From: Scyliorhinus canicula | Lineage: Eukaryota | Assembly: GCF_902713615.1 (NCBI RefSeq) | Contig: NC_052153.1 | Span: 135,821,879-135,885,878, forward strand | Direction: 5' to 3' | DNA: 64,000 nt | In this document: positions 12,880 to 26,380 of the stretch, piece after piece | Numbering within the stretch: position 1 is the stretch's first letter | How the letters are laid out: the number at the start of each line of letters is the position of its first letter | Made by a program: the position numbers and the translations under genes | Notes under the pieces: generated by a model | Databases searched by the model: none | The model's input: only the letters and a program-made list of their open reading frames with translations | Told to the model about the DNA's origin: nothing

Positions 12880-13497
12880 GGCTGGTCTGATGGGGATGTG
12901 AGGAAGTGCCTCAAAAGAGAGGAATGGGTGTACCTGCATGGTGTGTTAGTGTGAGAAACGTTGTGCAGGAGAAGACTGGGGAAGTCAGAAGAAAAAGCTT
13001 TTCACCTGCCTGTGGCATACACCTTTATTGTCCTGATCAGATCATTAAACCTCTTGCAGCGCAGTGCCAATGAACAACGGGCCACCTTCTGCTGTTAACT
13101 TCCTCTACTACTTCCAGCCAAGCCTGCTTGTTCATTGAGGCAGGCATTTTTCTCCCATTCATTGTGAACTAAATCTCCGTGTGGGCCCTTTTAGCCCAAA
13201 GCATGATGTCCAAGGATGCATCTGAACATTGTGGTGTAGCTTTCCCTCATTGGTATCATCTGTCAACTAGCTGGCTCTTTCTTCATGCTTGAAGAATACT
13301 TCCATTTGGATACTCACAGGATCTCTTTAAATAGTGAACGTTCAGCAAGCAGGTTTAAGTCATGACTGCTTCTGCCCTCTGTAATTGGTCAGCTCAGTAA
13401 AAAAGCCACCATCAACTCTGTTGCTCAAACCCTAGTTTCATGATGTGCTGCTGGTCTCTTCCGCTGCAAGTAGATCAACAGATTAAAATCCAGTCCC
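12880..13497 (-). mobile_element. Old Harbinger remnant (Myb/SANT-like gene fragment and TIR)
   Basis: Minus strand RCKRFNDLIRTIK followed by a gt donor near 13025-13070; TIR-like aaaatccagtccc at about 13485-13497. Confidence 0.55.
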
Positions 13498-13767
13498 TTA
13501 AATCTTCTTGGTGATGGAGATATCGTGTTGCTTGTCCTGTTTGTTCTAGTCCCAGATACGCTGTTTCCTTCGCCAACACTTGACCAATCTTACAGTCTTG
13601 GGTAGATTGACTCCACATGATATCAATGAATGGCTGAGTACACATGATACAGCAAAGATTATGGGCTATGCCAGCATCCCAGCCACAATGCTGAAGACTT
13701 GTGCCACTACAGGACTAGCCAAACCTCTAACAATACAGCTACAACACTGACATTCAACTGATAAATT

Positions 13768-13932
13768 GGGGCTGGGTTAGCACATTGGGCTAAATAGCTG
13801 GCTTGCAATGCCAGCAGCACAGGGTTCAATTCATGTACCGGCCTCCCTGAACAGGCGCCGGGATGTGGCGACTAGGAACTTTTCACAGTAACTTCATTGA
13901 AGCCTACTTGTGACAATAAGCGATTATTATTA
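13768..13932 (+). mobile_element. Short tRNA-derived SINE with gtggcgactagg...gtgacaataag tail and no V domain
   Basis: A different head (ggggctgggttagcacattgggctaa...gggttcaatt) is fused to the same tail as 3519-3784 and 59709-59986. Confidence 0.7.
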
Positions 13933-14140
13933 AGTGGAAAATTATCCAACAAGTCCTGTCCACAAAAGCAGGACAAATCCAATCCAATTCAGCCAAGTTC
14001 CACCCCATCAGTCTACTGTCAATCAGTAGCAAAGTGATTCAAGGTATCGTCAACCACGCTAGCAAGTGAAATTTACTCGGGAATAATCTGCTTGGTAACG
14101 CTCAGTTTGAGTTCTAAAACTGGTTCCAGACTTTGTTATA

Positions 14141-14288
14141 GGGCTGGATTCTCCGTCCCGCCACATCAGATTTCTGGGATGCTCTGTTTCGCCAGCTGGT
14201 CAATGGTGTTTCCCATTGTGGGGCAGCCCCACGCCATTGGGAAACCCCCAGGCTGCCAGCAAAATGGAGCCAGCGGAGAATCCAGCCC
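14141..14288. mobile_element. Harbinger-type MITE (148 bp)
   Basis: Perfect 15-bp TIR gggctggattctccg / cggagaatccagccc; 3-bp TSD ata. Confidence 0.9.
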
Positions 14289-14479
14289 ATAATCTTCATC
14301 CCAAAATGGACAAAACAGCTGAATTCCAATGTGAGGTGAGACTAACAAACCTTTATATCAAGGCAGCATTTGACCATGTGTGGTATTAAGGAGCCCCAGT
14401 AAAACAATTCAATGGGGATCAAGGATAAAACTCTCCATGGCTAATATCATACCTAATATTAAGGAAAACAAGTGAAGGT

Positions 14480-15756
14480 TAATAACCTCCAACAAGGATT
14501 GCCATCCTTCCAGATTGCTTTGATCCACTGCAATTTGCCTACCACCACAACTGGCCTATAACAGATGCTATCTCCTTAGCCCTACAGCCTCCTTGGAGCA
14601 TCTCAACAGCAAGGTCAGACTCCTGTTCATTGACTACAGCTCCACTTTCAACACCATATTCTCAACCAGCCTCATATCCAAACTCCAAAACCTTGGACTT
14701 GGTTCCTTCCTCTGCAACTGGATCCTCGACTTCCTGACACACAGACCACAATCAGTAAGGATAAACAATGACACCTTCTCCATGATAGTCCTCAATACTG
14801 GGGCCCAGCAAGGCTGCGTACTTATCCCCCTACTATTCTCTTTATACATACATGACTGTGTGGCAAAATTCAGCGCCGGCCCCATCTACAAGTTTGAAAA
14901 TGATGCAACCGCAGTGGGTCGGATCACATACAACGATGAGTCAGAGTCCAGGAGGGAGATGGAGAATGTAGTGGCATAGTACAATGACAACAATCTCTCC
15001 CTCAATGTCAGCAAAACTAAGGAGCTGGTCATCGATTTTAGGAAGTGAAGTGTTTTACACTGTCTGCATCAATGGTGCCGAGGTGGTGATGGTTGACAGG
15101 TTCAAATTCCTAGGTGTAAACATCACCACCAATCTGTCACCCACATCAATGGTACGACCAAGGAAGCACAACAGAGCCTATGCTTCCTCAGGAAATTAAG
15201 GAAATTTGGCACGTCCGCAATGACTCTTACCAATTTCTATAGATGCACCCGAGAAAGCATCCTATCTGGCCTGGTAACTCTTGACCCAAGACCATAAGAA
15301 ACTCCAGAGAGTCATGAGCACAGCCCAGTTCACTACACAAGCCCGCCTTATCCATTGACTCTGTCTACACCTCCCACTGCATTGGGAAAGTGAGCAACAT
15401 AATCAAAGATCCCTCCCACCCGGGTTATTCTCTCTTCCAACTTCTTCCAACGGGCAGAAACTACAAAAGTTTGAGAACATGCACCAGCAGATTCAAAAAC
15501 AGCTTCTTCCCCACTGTTACCAGACTCTTGAATGGCCCTTTTATGGACTGAACTCATCTTTTTTTGCATCTTCTTTACAATTGTAGCACTGTACTCTGTA
15601 TGCTTCACCCAATGTTTATGTCTATGTATTTACATTGTGTATTGATCATATGTCTGATGTTTTTCATGCATGGAGTGATCTGCCTGGACTGTACACAGAA
15701 CAATACTTTTCACTGTACATCGGTACATGTGACAATAAATCTAAATCTAAATCAAA
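14480..15756 (+). mobile_element. Rex1/Babar-clade LINE, 5'-truncated
   Basis: RT: [15 protein letters not shown]...[18 protein letters not shown]...TGAQQGCVL; 3' end gtgacaata(aatcta)n. Confidence 0.88.
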
Positions 15757-15852
15757 ACCATCTAAGCCCCAGAACATTATTTCATCAATTCCTAAGGCCA
15801 GTGTTCTAGGCCCACCCATCTTCAGTTGCTTCATCAATGACTTTCCCACCAT

Positions 15853-16176
15853 GAGCAGCACCTCATACTGCCACCTCACAGCACCAAGGACCCAGGTTCA
15901 ATTCCAGCCTCAGTGACGGTGTGGAGTTTGTACGTTCTCCCCGTGCCTGCATGGGATTCCTCCCGGTGCTCTGTTTTCCTCCCACAGTCCAAAGATGTGC
16001 AGGTTAGGTAGATTGGTCATGCTAAATTGCCTGTAGTGTCCAAAGGATTAGGTGCAGTTGTGGGGGTGCAGGGATAGGGTGAAGGCATGGGACTTGGTGG
16101 GGTGCTCATTTGGAGGGTAGGTGTAGAATCAATGGATCAAGTGGCCTCCTTCTGCACTGTAGGGATTCTATTCTAT
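15853..16176 (+). mobile_element. HE1/V-SINE copy
   Basis: V domain and CR1-type tail. Confidence 0.8.
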
Positions 16177-17163
16177 GGTAATATCAGATATGGGAATGTT
16201 CACTAAAGAGTTCAGTGTTCAGTTCCATTTACAAAGGGCCAACAAAAAATGGAATATGTGAGCACAGTAACCAGGAATAGAAAAACAGACTTTAAGAGCT
16301 TTCACAAGTGTATGCAGAGAAAGATAGTAGCTAAAGTAAATATTGATCCTTTAGAAGCAGAGATTGGGGAAATTATTATGGGGAATGTCTGCATGCAGAA
16401 AGACCTGCACACTATCTTAAACAAGATAAAGCCTAACCACCAGCCTTTGACATTCCATGATATTATTAGTGCAAAATCCAACATCAACACCCTGAAGGTA
16501 ACCAGAAATTTAATTGGATCAGCCACAAAAATACCGTGGCTACAAAATCAGCATAGAAGCTTGGCATTCTGCTGCAATCTACCTGTTTTCTGACTACCCA
16601 ATGGCTTTCCACCATCTGCAAGTCACATGTCAGGAGTAAATGATCTCTGGTCATGGAGAGGTATGAGAGCAGGAGACAGAACGCAGCAATTGTCAACAAA
16701 AAAAACTATGTGTGGCTGAAGCAGAAACCATGGTGGTTTATACAGCGATTGCTTTTGCTAAAGTTGGGAGCAGACTTCTTAAAGTGGCATAAATGTCAGA
16801 TTTATAAACTGCATGAAAAATAGGAAGTTGAGGCACGTGTGCAGAAGGTACACAGAAGATATAGATGGGGAAATTCCTTGGTGCTGTCCCTACACCACTG
16901 GCATTACCTGACAGATTGTTGGTGAACCATTATAAAGTAGTCCAGTTCCCTTCATCATTCTCGCATGTATAAAATTACACAATAAAAAGGTTTGATGTTA
17001 ACATTCTTTTTGGAACTCCTTCTCTTTGGTGATCACTTGCGAACGAGTATGATTGTCCACCTATGAAGCTTTGTGTTGGGGGTGTGCAGATTTCCTCTAG
17101 GTAGACGTCTGGTGCTGGGCCTCTTTGAAGGTAAAAATGCCATTGCACATAAGCAGACACATG

Positions 17164-18102
17164 GGGCGAGATTCTCCCAAAACAGGAGAAATCGTAAAGC
17201 TGCCATAAAACCCGGGCGGGTTTTACGGCAGCGCGCCCCTTCCCGACGGGGGACCGATTCTGGTCCCCGGTCGGGGCTAGCAGCCCGACGCCGTAGGCTC
17301 CGGCAAGACGGGCTTAACGAAAATCGTTAAGCCCGCTTACCGGAGTTCGCGCCGGCTGACGCGTCATATGACGTCAGCCGCGCATGCGCAGTTTGGAAGA
17401 CTCCAACCCGCGCATGCGCGGGCGACGTCATCGCGTTTTTGCGCGAAACCCGCGCATGCGCGGGCCGGGTTGCCCCTCAGCCGCCCCGCGAATGGATACT
17501 GCGGGGCGGCGGAAGGACAAGTAGTGCGCGGGCATCGGGCCCGCTGCCCGCGATTGGTGCCCACCGATCGCGGGCCCATGGCACCCTTGTCACGGCCGTG
17601 GTACTGCCGTGCCAATCGGTGCCATGGTTATAAAAAGCGAGTTTGTGACGTCGTTTTTACGAACGGCAAGACCAGGTGTGTTTGCCGTTCGTGAAAACGG
17701 CGGAAAGGGCTGGGACTTCGGCCCATCTAACAGCTGAGAATCGCTGCCGGCCGTACAAAAACGGCGGCAGCGATTCGGGTCGGGACTTCGGCGGGGGGGT
17801 GGGAGAATAGCGGGAGGGCGGAAAAAATGTCGGGAAGGCCCTCCCGCTATTCTCCCACCCATCGTGGGGGGGCGGAGAATTTCGCCCCAGGTGTGTTTGC
17901 CGTTCGTGAAAACGGCGGAAAGGGCTGGGACTTCGGCCCATCTAACAGCTGAGAATCGCTGCCGGCCGTAAAAAAACGGCGGCAGCGATTCGGGTCGGGA
18001 CTTCGGCGGGGGGGGCGGGAGAATAGCGGGAGGGCGGCAAAAATGTCGGGAAGGCCCTCCCGCTATTCTCCCACCCGTCGTGGGGGGCGGAGAATTGCGC
18101 CC
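17164..18102. mobile_element. Young GC-rich Harbinger-type MITE with duplicated right end
   Basis: Left TIR gggcgagattctcc; right TIRs end at 17887 and 18102; outer TSD atg (17161-17163, 18103-18105). Segment 17673-17887 is repeated at 17888-18102. CpGs are retained. Confidence 0.9.
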
Positions 18103-18715
18103 ATGGTCCTTGACAGAGGTTAGATCCAGTTACAGTGGCAAGGGAACCTTGACAACTGGGGATCTCCCTACTGTGGCAGACTTCATCCACCATCACAACC
18201 ATTGATATCATATGGGTATCTTCCTCCTCATTCACCATTGAGACTTGTTTTGGATTGTGCTTGTGGTTCCTCCCCTGTGACCTTACCATCATGGGTGACG
18301 GAAGGCATTGCTCTCGGGATCAATGGAACATTCAAGCCTCTCCACCATGGCAAGATGCTAATCCAAGGAAAGATTTTGGAACTAGAATAATTGTTGTATG
18401 TTTTTCCTTCTGTTATATGTGCTACTTAATATGATAATGCATTTTAATAACTTAGTGTGGCTTACATAAACCTGAGGTAGCAAATCTCCAATAGCAAATA
18501 AAATGTTTGATTGTTTCTGATGAAATAGTGGCTGACATCGAGAGGAAGTGGAACAGAGGTTGTTTGTCATTTCTTTTGCAGATCTTCAGAATTATGTGCA
18601 TTAGAACAAAAATTCTGCCTTTCCAGATTTTTAAAAAGCTGAGCAACAATAAGAAAATTGATTTAAGCCAATTATTTAACCAGCAATGAACTCAAGGACA
18701 CAAGTCCAAAAAGTT

Positions 18716-21715
18716 TTTTTTAAAATATTTCTTTAATCTCCTCCTTTTTCACATTTTCTCCCAAATTTACACCCACCAACAATAATAGGTAACAAATATG
18801 TCAATCCCCATATCAAAACAACGATCCCATCCTCCCAGCAAACCCCAAACAGTAGCCCGCACGTTCACATAAACAAATAACAAAAACGAATCAGGAATCA
18901 CCCATAGTCACCATCAACACACACCGCCCCCCTCCACCCAACATCCCCCCCCCAACCTACTACCCACCCCCCTCAATTAATGTTCGATGTTATCCAGTTC
19001 TTGAAAGTGCATGATGAATAATGCCCATGAATTGTAGAACCCCTCCATTCTTCCCCTCAGTTCAAACTTAACCTTCTCAAGAATCAAGAATTACAACAAG
19101 TCCCCCACCACGCCAGGGCACAGGGTGGAGCGGCTGCCCTCCATCCCATCAGGATCTACCTTCGGCGATCAACGAGGCGAAGGCTAAAACATCTGTCTCC
19201 GCACCCGCTTCCAACCCTGGTTGGTCCGACATTCCGAATATGGCCACCCGGGGGCCCAGGTCCAGTTTCACGTGCACCACTTTAGAAATTACCCTAAAAA
19301 CCTCCTTTTAGTAATCCTCTAGCTTGGGACAGGACCAAAACATATGAACGTCATTAGCGTCGTCCTCCCCCCACCCCCCCCCCACCCCCCCACCCCTCTG
19401 CAACGTTCATACACATCTTCTACTCCTTCAAAGAATCAGCTCATCCTCGCGAGGTGTGCTCTGTATACCACCATCAGCTGTGTCAGCCACAACCATGCGC
19501 ACGAGGTGGAGGCATTCACTCTCTGGAGCACCTCACACCAGAACCCCTCCTCCATATCCTCTCCCAACTCTTCCTCCCACTTTGCTTTGATCCCTTTCAG
19601 TGGTGCCTTCTCCTCTTCCAAAATAACTCCATAAACCGCTGACACTACTCCCTTGTCCAGTCCCCCTGTCGTCAGCACCTCCTCCAGCAATGTGGAGGCC
19701 GGCTCCTCTGGGAAGTTCTGTATCTCCTTTCTGGCAAAATCTTGAACCTGCATGTATCTAAACATTTCCCCCTACTCCAGCCCATACTTCGCTTCCAGCT
19801 CCTTCAATCCTGCAAACCGACCCCTAAGAAACAGATCTTTCAGTGTCTTAATCCCCTTCTCCTCCCATTTCCGAAAATTTCCATCCCACCTCCCTAGCTC
19901 AAATCTGTGGTTGCCACGAATCGGCATTTCCCTTGACCCTGCCCCCAACCCAAAGTGTTGGCAAAATTGCCTCCAAATTCTCAATGAAGGTATTATTACC
20001 GGACTCCCTGAGTACTTCCCCGGGGCGATCGGGAGCTCCACTGTTGCTAGTGCTTTCAATCCCGATCCCCTGCACAAACTCTTCTCCATTCTGACCCACT
20101 GGGAATCAGCCCCTCTGACCCAGCTCCGCACCTTCTCTGCATTCGCCACCCAGTAGTAATGCATCAGGTTCGGAAGACCCAAACCCCCTGCCTGCCCTCC
20201 CCTCTGTAGTAGCACCTTTCTAACTCTGGCCACCTTCCCTCCACAAATGAACAGCGTAATCCTTCCCTCAATCTCTCTGAAAAAAGCCTTTGGCAGGAAA
20301 ATCGGCAGGCATTGAAAAATAAACAGAAATCGCGGCATTCACACGCTCATTTTAACTGCCTGTACCCGACCCGCCAGTGACAGAGGGAGACTGTCCCACC
20401 TTGCCAGATCAGCTTTCACTCTCAGCACCAAACTAGAAATGTTGTACCTGCGGAGCCCCCCCCCCCCCCCCCCCCCCCCCCCCGCCTCCGACTCCCGGGC
20501 AACCTGCACCCCCTGGTACCTAAAGTGAGTCCCTGCCCTATGGAATGGCAGCCTCCACCCCTGGCTGAGACACCACAAAATACTCACTCTTGTCGAGATT
20601 TAGTTTGTATCCCGAGAAAGATCCAAACACTCGAAGCAGATGTAATATTCCCTCTATCGACACACTCAGTTCTGACACGTACAACAGCAAGTCATTGGCA
20701 TACAGAGACACCCTATGCTCTATTCCCCCGCACTATTCCTTTCCTACACCCAAACTTCTTAATGCGATAAGAAACGGCTCAATCGTGAGTGCACAAAGCA
20801 GGGGAGACATAGGACATCCTTGCCTAGTCCCACAGTGGAGAGAAAAGTATCTCGAGCTGATGTTGTTTGTGCGGACACTCGCCCTCGGCTCCTTATATAG
20901 TAGCTTTACCCAGTTCACAAATCTTGGTCCAATCCCAAACCGCTTTCCCTCTGCTGGTGCCATAACGATGTTCAATACCCTTCTAATGTTTGAAAAGAGC
21001 TTCCTCCCTTTCACGAACCCCGTCTGATCTTCACCTATCGCCTTCAGGAGGCACTCCTTCAGCCTACCTGTCAGTACCTTCGCCAATACTTTTGCGTCCA
21101 CATTCAGAAGGAATATGCGCCTATACGACCCACACGCCATCGGATCCTTATCTTTTTTTAGCAACAGGGAAATCGAAGCCTGCCCCAAAGTTTGTGGCAA
21201 CTCCCCCTTCCCTATCGCCTCTTCAAACATCCCCACCATCAGGGGTGCCAGCTTATCCTTGAATTTTTTATAATATTCCACCGGAAACCCATCCGGCCCT
21301 GCCACCTTCTTCGACTACATTCTCCCAATTGCATCCTTTATCTCTTGCTCCACTATTGCTCCTTCCAATGTAGCCCTGTCCCCCTCCCCCAGCCTCGGAT
21401 ACTCCAACCCATTTAGAAATTCCTGCATCTCACGGTATCCCCCTGGTGGCTCTGACCTGTACAACCTCTCATAAAATTTCTCAAAAACCTTGTTAATCAG
21501 ATCCGGAGCCATCACCAACTTCCCTGCCCTATCGCTCACCTGCACAATTTCCCTTGCCGCTGCTTCCCTCCGGAGCTGACCTGCTAACATACGCCCTGCC
21601 TTATCTCCATGTCCATAAACTGCACCCCTTGCTCGTCTCAGTTGGCGCACCGCCTTCCTGGTAGATAGTCGGTCAAAGCTCGCCTGTAGCTCCTTCCTCT
21701 TTTCCAGCTTTGCTG
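18716..21715 (-). mobile_element. L1-clade LINE, 5'-truncated, decayed ORF2
   Basis: GPDGFPVEYYKKF...KDKDP..CGSYR.I.LLNVDAKVLAKVL, GTRQGCPMSPLL, GGLGLPNL..YYW; poly(A) end at 18716; imperfect TSD ggacacaagtccaaaaagtt (18696-18715) / ggacacaagtacaaagtt (21716-21733). Confidence 0.92.
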
Positions 21716-21754
21716 GGACACAAGTACAAAGTTCATAAGCTAAAATTAGATGAG

Positions 21755-22670
21755 CAATTACAGGGAGGAAGGGATAAACCAGGAAACTACAGGCCAGTCA
21801 GTCTAATCCTCCATGGTGGGGAAACTATTGGAAGTAATTCTGAGTGACAGAATTAATCTGCATTTGGAGAGGCTGGGATTAATTCAAAACAGTTTTTTGT
21901 TAAGGGAAAGTCATTTCTGACCGATTCGACTGAATGTTTCGAAGAAGTGTTCAGATGTGTAGATAAGGGCAATGTATTTGACGTTATCTACTTGGACTTC
22001 AGCAAGGCTTTCGATAAGGTCCTACATGGGAGACTGATAGCAAGGTTAAGAGCGCATGAGATCCAAGGAAATTTAGCAAATTGGATCCAAAATTGGCTGA
22101 GTGGCAGGAAGCAAAGGGTGATGATCGAGGGGTGTTTTTCTGACTGGAAGTCTGTGTCCAGTGGGTTACACAGAGATCAGTGTTGGGGCCCTTGCTGTTT
22201 GTGATTTATCTAAATGAATGTAGAAGAGTTCATCAGTAAGTTTGCGGATGATACAAAAATGGATAGGGCAGTAAACAGAGAGGAGGATAGCTTTTGATTA
22301 TAGGAGGTTATAGACGGGCGGGTCAGATGAACTGATCAGTGGTAAATGTAATTCAATCTGGATAATTTTGAGATGATGCACTTGAGCGGGACAAACAAGG
22401 CAAGGGGAATACAGGATAAATGGCAGGATCCTGAGAAGCACTGAGGATCAGAGGGATCATGGCATGCATGTACTCCGGTCCCTTAAGTAGCAGAGCAGGT
22501 GGATACTGTGGTTAAGAAGGCATATGTTATACTTGCTTTATTAGCTGAGGCATAGAGTATAAGAGCAGGGAGGTTATGCTGGAACTGTTAAAACATTGGT
22601 TAGGCCACAGCTATAGATTTGTGTGTAGTTCTGAATCGACATTATCGGAAGGATGTGAAAGCACTGGAAT
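21755..22670 (+). mobile_element. CR1 RT fragment
   Basis: DKPGNYRPVSL, DVIYLDFSKAFDKVLHGRL, SKFADDTK. Confidence 0.88.
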
Positions 22671-22719
22671 TAAATAAGGGTAACTGGTCAGTAACGGTTA
22701 TGACTCAATAGCTATGTTC

Positions 22720-25035
22720 ATTTGCAGCTGGCTTGGGAGAGGTGATCAATGTTGCTAAATGTTTGGCCTCCTGAGAGTCTTACAAAAAGATCCTTGATAA
22801 GTGGTAAAGGGTACTTACTGATCAGAACACAATACAGGGTTGATAGTAATTTTGAAAACCCTGCACATTCGTACTGAACCATCCTTCTTTATGACTGAGT
22901 CGACTGGGGGTTGCCCAATCATTGGTGGCAACAGGCTCAATGACTCCTGTCTTCAGTAACTTCTCACTCTTCTTCCACTTTAGGTCGAATAGCATAGAGT
23001 TCGGTACCCGCTTTCAAACACTTATGACTACCTTTATCTTGATTTTCACTTCAAATGCAGTCATATATCCAAGTGACTTCTCGAATACCTTTGCTTTCTT
23101 TCTCAGAAGTGGTTTAAGATCATTCGTAGAATCAACAAGTTGGTTTATGACGTTCAGTTTAACTTAATATTCCTTAAACACGATCTCCCAAACAATGCTG
23201 GAAAGTCTCTTTGTACAATGTGAAGAGGCACCTCCACTTTCTGGTTGTCAACTTCCACAGTCACCTTGATGAAGCCCTTCAGTGGAATACCTCCTCGCTA
23301 TATGTCCTCAAGATCACATCAGATGGTTGCATTGGCAGATACTTTAATTCTGAAGGTATATTGATTCAGATATCAGTGTTACTGCAGCACCCGTAACCAC
23401 TTCCATCTTAATAGTGTTCCCATTTAATTTTGGATCGACCACAAATCATTGCTGGTCTCATTGTACTGCTAGACCAATGAGCTTACATTTCTAAAGCTGA
23501 ATTGACACTATGGTACTTGGTAAGTTTTCAGTTGGATCACTTAACTGATAAACTCACCAATTGACTTGGCAGTATTTTTCTTGGTACACTTCTTTTGTGC
23601 TGATGAAGGTTGGTGTGACCAACATGCCTTGGCAATGTGACCAACTTTACTACAAATTTTGCATTTGTTCTCCTTGCACCAACAATTTCCTGCCATATGT
23701 CCCTCTTGGTTTGCGAGATGATATGGTAGGTTCTTGGTGGACCTGCTTCTCACAGACGCCATCTTATGGACTTTAGCTCAAACTCCAATCAGCGAAACGT
23801 CTCTTGCAGCAAGTTGCATTGACGCTATGATTTCTAGAGCAGATTTTAAGGTTAATGCACCTTCAGTCAACAATTTTCTTTGGATGGCATCATTCTTGAA
23901 CAACAAACTAACCGGTTGCAAAGTGTATCATCCAAAGTCTGTCCAAATTTGTAGTACTTTGCAAGCTTTTGCAGTCATGCAACAATCTTCAGATTATTTC
24001 AGCTATTAATAATGGCCAGGGAGAGAAATGTTCTTGCAAGACAGTCATTAACTCATCACACAACTTGTCTGCAGGTTTAGCTGCAGGTACTCAATTCTGT
24101 AGCAACATGAATGCTTTCTTCCCAACTGATCAGAGAAAGGTCACAGTATGCAGGTCTGCTGGTGTCTGATTGGCTTGAAGGAATAATTGGAACCTTTCCT
24201 CATAAGAATTCCATGTCTCATCCTCCTCATCAAACGCATCCATGCGCCTTTTGTTCCCATCATATTTGGGTTGAAGCTCCCTGATTTGTGCTACTCAGCC
24301 TTCAGCCTATCTTCCCTGCCATTTATTTTCTCTCTGTTTAAAGCAGTGCACAAGCAGACTGTTTCTGTGCCTTGCTATCGATTCCCAGGCAGTAGGTTGA
24401 AGAATGGGCCGTCCCGTAGGTTCGTGTTCCCTTGGCCCGTTTCACTGCCTCATGCACGGTCACTGCAGCTCTACCCACTACAACGGTAAATGTATTAAAA
24501 ACTTTGATGCTCTATTTGAAGTAAGCCCCCAGTAATTCAAAGTTGTCTGCCAGCCTTTTTCAGCTTTTTTGAAAACACTTTAATTTGCATTAGCAGCTGT
24601 TGTGATTGACCAGATGATTTGTCAACACCCATACAAACTGTGTCATGTCCAAGTATTTACTTGAGAGTTGTTTTTACTTGCCATAACTATGATTTTCACC
24701 TTGGACAATATTCCTCCTGGCCTCGCTTCCAATGGTTTATGGGCCTGGATCGCTGTTGATGATTAACTCCTTTTGGTTCACAAAATCATTGTCGAAAGTT
24801 GTTTTTCTCACTTTTCTTTGTTATGGCCCAGATCTCAACGCCACTTTCTCATTTGTTGTGTTCCTTTTTGTAGTTGCAAATAGACAGAATCAGAGGTGGC
24901 ACACATCGAGCTTGTATAATATAGTGCAAGGGGTATATTTACAAGACAGGGTTCAGTGGTCAGTGGTGAATGCCACAAAAGCCCGTGAAATGCTCTAATG
25001 ACATAATTATGTAATATGTGACTTTACATCAACTA
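22720..25035 (-). mobile_element. Degraded Gypsy element: LTR/PBS region, gag, protease and start of RT
   Basis: Zinc knuckle CKICSKVGHIAKAC (about 23625-23670); GVIEPVATNDWATP and KDGSVRMC (22860-22950); PBS-like tggcgttgag at about 24834-24843 beside an LTR-like segment. Confidence 0.78.
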
Positions 25036-25038
25036 ATA

Positions 25039-25335
25039 GGCGGCATGGTTGCACAGTGGTTAGCACTGCTGTCTCACTGCCCCAGAGACCTGGGTTCAAG
25101 TCCAACCTTGTGTGGAGTTTGCATATTCTCCCTGTGTCTGTGTGGTTTCCTCTGGGTGTCCTGGTTTCCTCCCAGATGTACAGGTTAGGATTGGTCATGC
25201 TAAATTGCCCCTTAGAGCCAAAGGTTGTGTGGGTTTATGGGATGGGGGGAGATGTGCCTATGTTAGGGTGTATTTTCAAAGGGTCGGTGCAGATGTTTTG
25301 GCTGAATGGCCTCCACCTGCACATGATTCCATTAA
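25039..25335 (+). mobile_element. HE1/V-SINE copy (diverged)
   Basis: Head and V domain. Confidence 0.75.
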
Positions 25336-25414
25336 TGGTGTTACTCTGATACGTAACAGGGGAACTTCCAGGTGGTGGAATTCCCATGTATCTGCTGCCT
25401 TTGTCCTTCTGGAT

Positions 25415-25643
25415 GGGGCTGATTCAACTCAGTTGGCCAGACGGCTGGTTCATGATGCAGAGCAGGGTGAGCAGCATGGATTCAATCCCTGTACCAGTTG
25501 AAGTTATTCATGAAGTCCTGCCTTCTCAATTTTGCCCCTCCCCTCAGATGTGGTGATCTTTAGATTAAATCACCACCAGTCAACTCCCCCCTCAAAGGGG
25601 AAAACAGCCTATGGTAATCTGGGACTGAGGTGACTTTACTTTA
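25415..25643 (+). mobile_element. Separate tRNA-derived SINE family
   Basis: Head ggggctgattcaactcagttgg...ggattcaatccc; tail gactttactttat; inserted in an old LINE fragment. Confidence 0.6.
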
Positions 25644-25873
25644 TCGTCTAGATAGTAGTGGTCGTGGGTTAGTAAGGTGCTGCCTACGTTCCTGCAGTGC
25701 ATCTTGTAAATGGTGTACACAGCTGCTACTGTTCATCAAAGGTGGAGGGAGTGAATGTTTGTGGCACATGTACCAATCAAGCAGACTGCTTTGTCATAAG
25801 TGGTGTTGAGCTTTTAGAGTATTGTTGGAGCTGCACTCATCCAGGCAAGTGAAGAGTATTCCATCACACACCT

Positions 25874-26012
25874 TTTTAAAAAAAATATAAATTTAGAGTA
25901 CCCAATTCATTTTTTCCAATTAAGGAACAACAGTGACCCAGAGCCGGGATCGAACCTGGGACCTCAGCGCCGTGAGGCAGCAGGGCTAACCCTCTGCGCC
26001 ACCATGCTGCCC
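25874..26012 (-). mobile_element. Short poly(A)-tailed V-SINE (internally deleted) with 15-bp TSD
   Basis: TSD ttccatcacacacct (25859-25873) / ttccatcacgcacct (26014-26028). Confidence 0.85.
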
Positions 26013-26144
26013 TTTCCATCACGCACCTGACTTGTGCTTTGTAGGTGGTGGGTAGGTTTTGGGGAGTCAGGAAGTGAGTTATGCGCCACAATATTTATCA
26101 CAGTACTGCATGATAGGTTGTTGCATCAGGTGAAATCTCTCTGA

Positions 26145-26380
26145 GGGTGGCACGTGGCGCAGTGGTTTGCACTGGGACTATGGCGCTGAGGACCCGGGTT
26201 CGAATCCCTGCCTTGGGTCACTGTCCATGCGGAGTTTGCACATCTTCCCCGTGTCTGCGTGGGTTTCACCCCCACAACCCAAAGACGTGCTGGTTAGGTG
26301 GATTGGCCACACTAAATTGCCCCTTAATTGGAAAAATAAATAAATAATTGGGTACTCTAAGTTTCTATATTTAAGAAAAA
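26145..26380 (+). mobile_element. Short A-tailed V-SINE with about 17-bp diverged TSD
   Basis: TSD aggtgaaatctctctga (26128-26144) / aggttaaatctcacgtga (26381-26398). Confidence 0.82.

Larger units (their letters stand above)
13575..16640 (+). mobile_element. Fragments of an older CR1/L2-group LINE, split by younger insertions
   Basis: RT-like remnants (VHKKQDKSN...PISLLSISSKV, DIKAAFD-like, PKASVLGPPIFSCFINDFP) at 13575-14470 and 15780-16640. Confidence 0.6.

Noticed and set aside
17164-18102. CpG island or promoter (also 49971-50381 and 62509-63214)
   Set aside because: The CpG richness coincides exactly with MITEs bounded by TIRs and TSDs.
10607-18638. Minus-strand exon-like units at 18466-18638, about 16975-17122 and about 10607-10711 as a gene downstream of ADGRV1
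   Set aside because: The phases do not give a coherent long ORF and no domain is recognisable; consistent with chance splice-site pairs.
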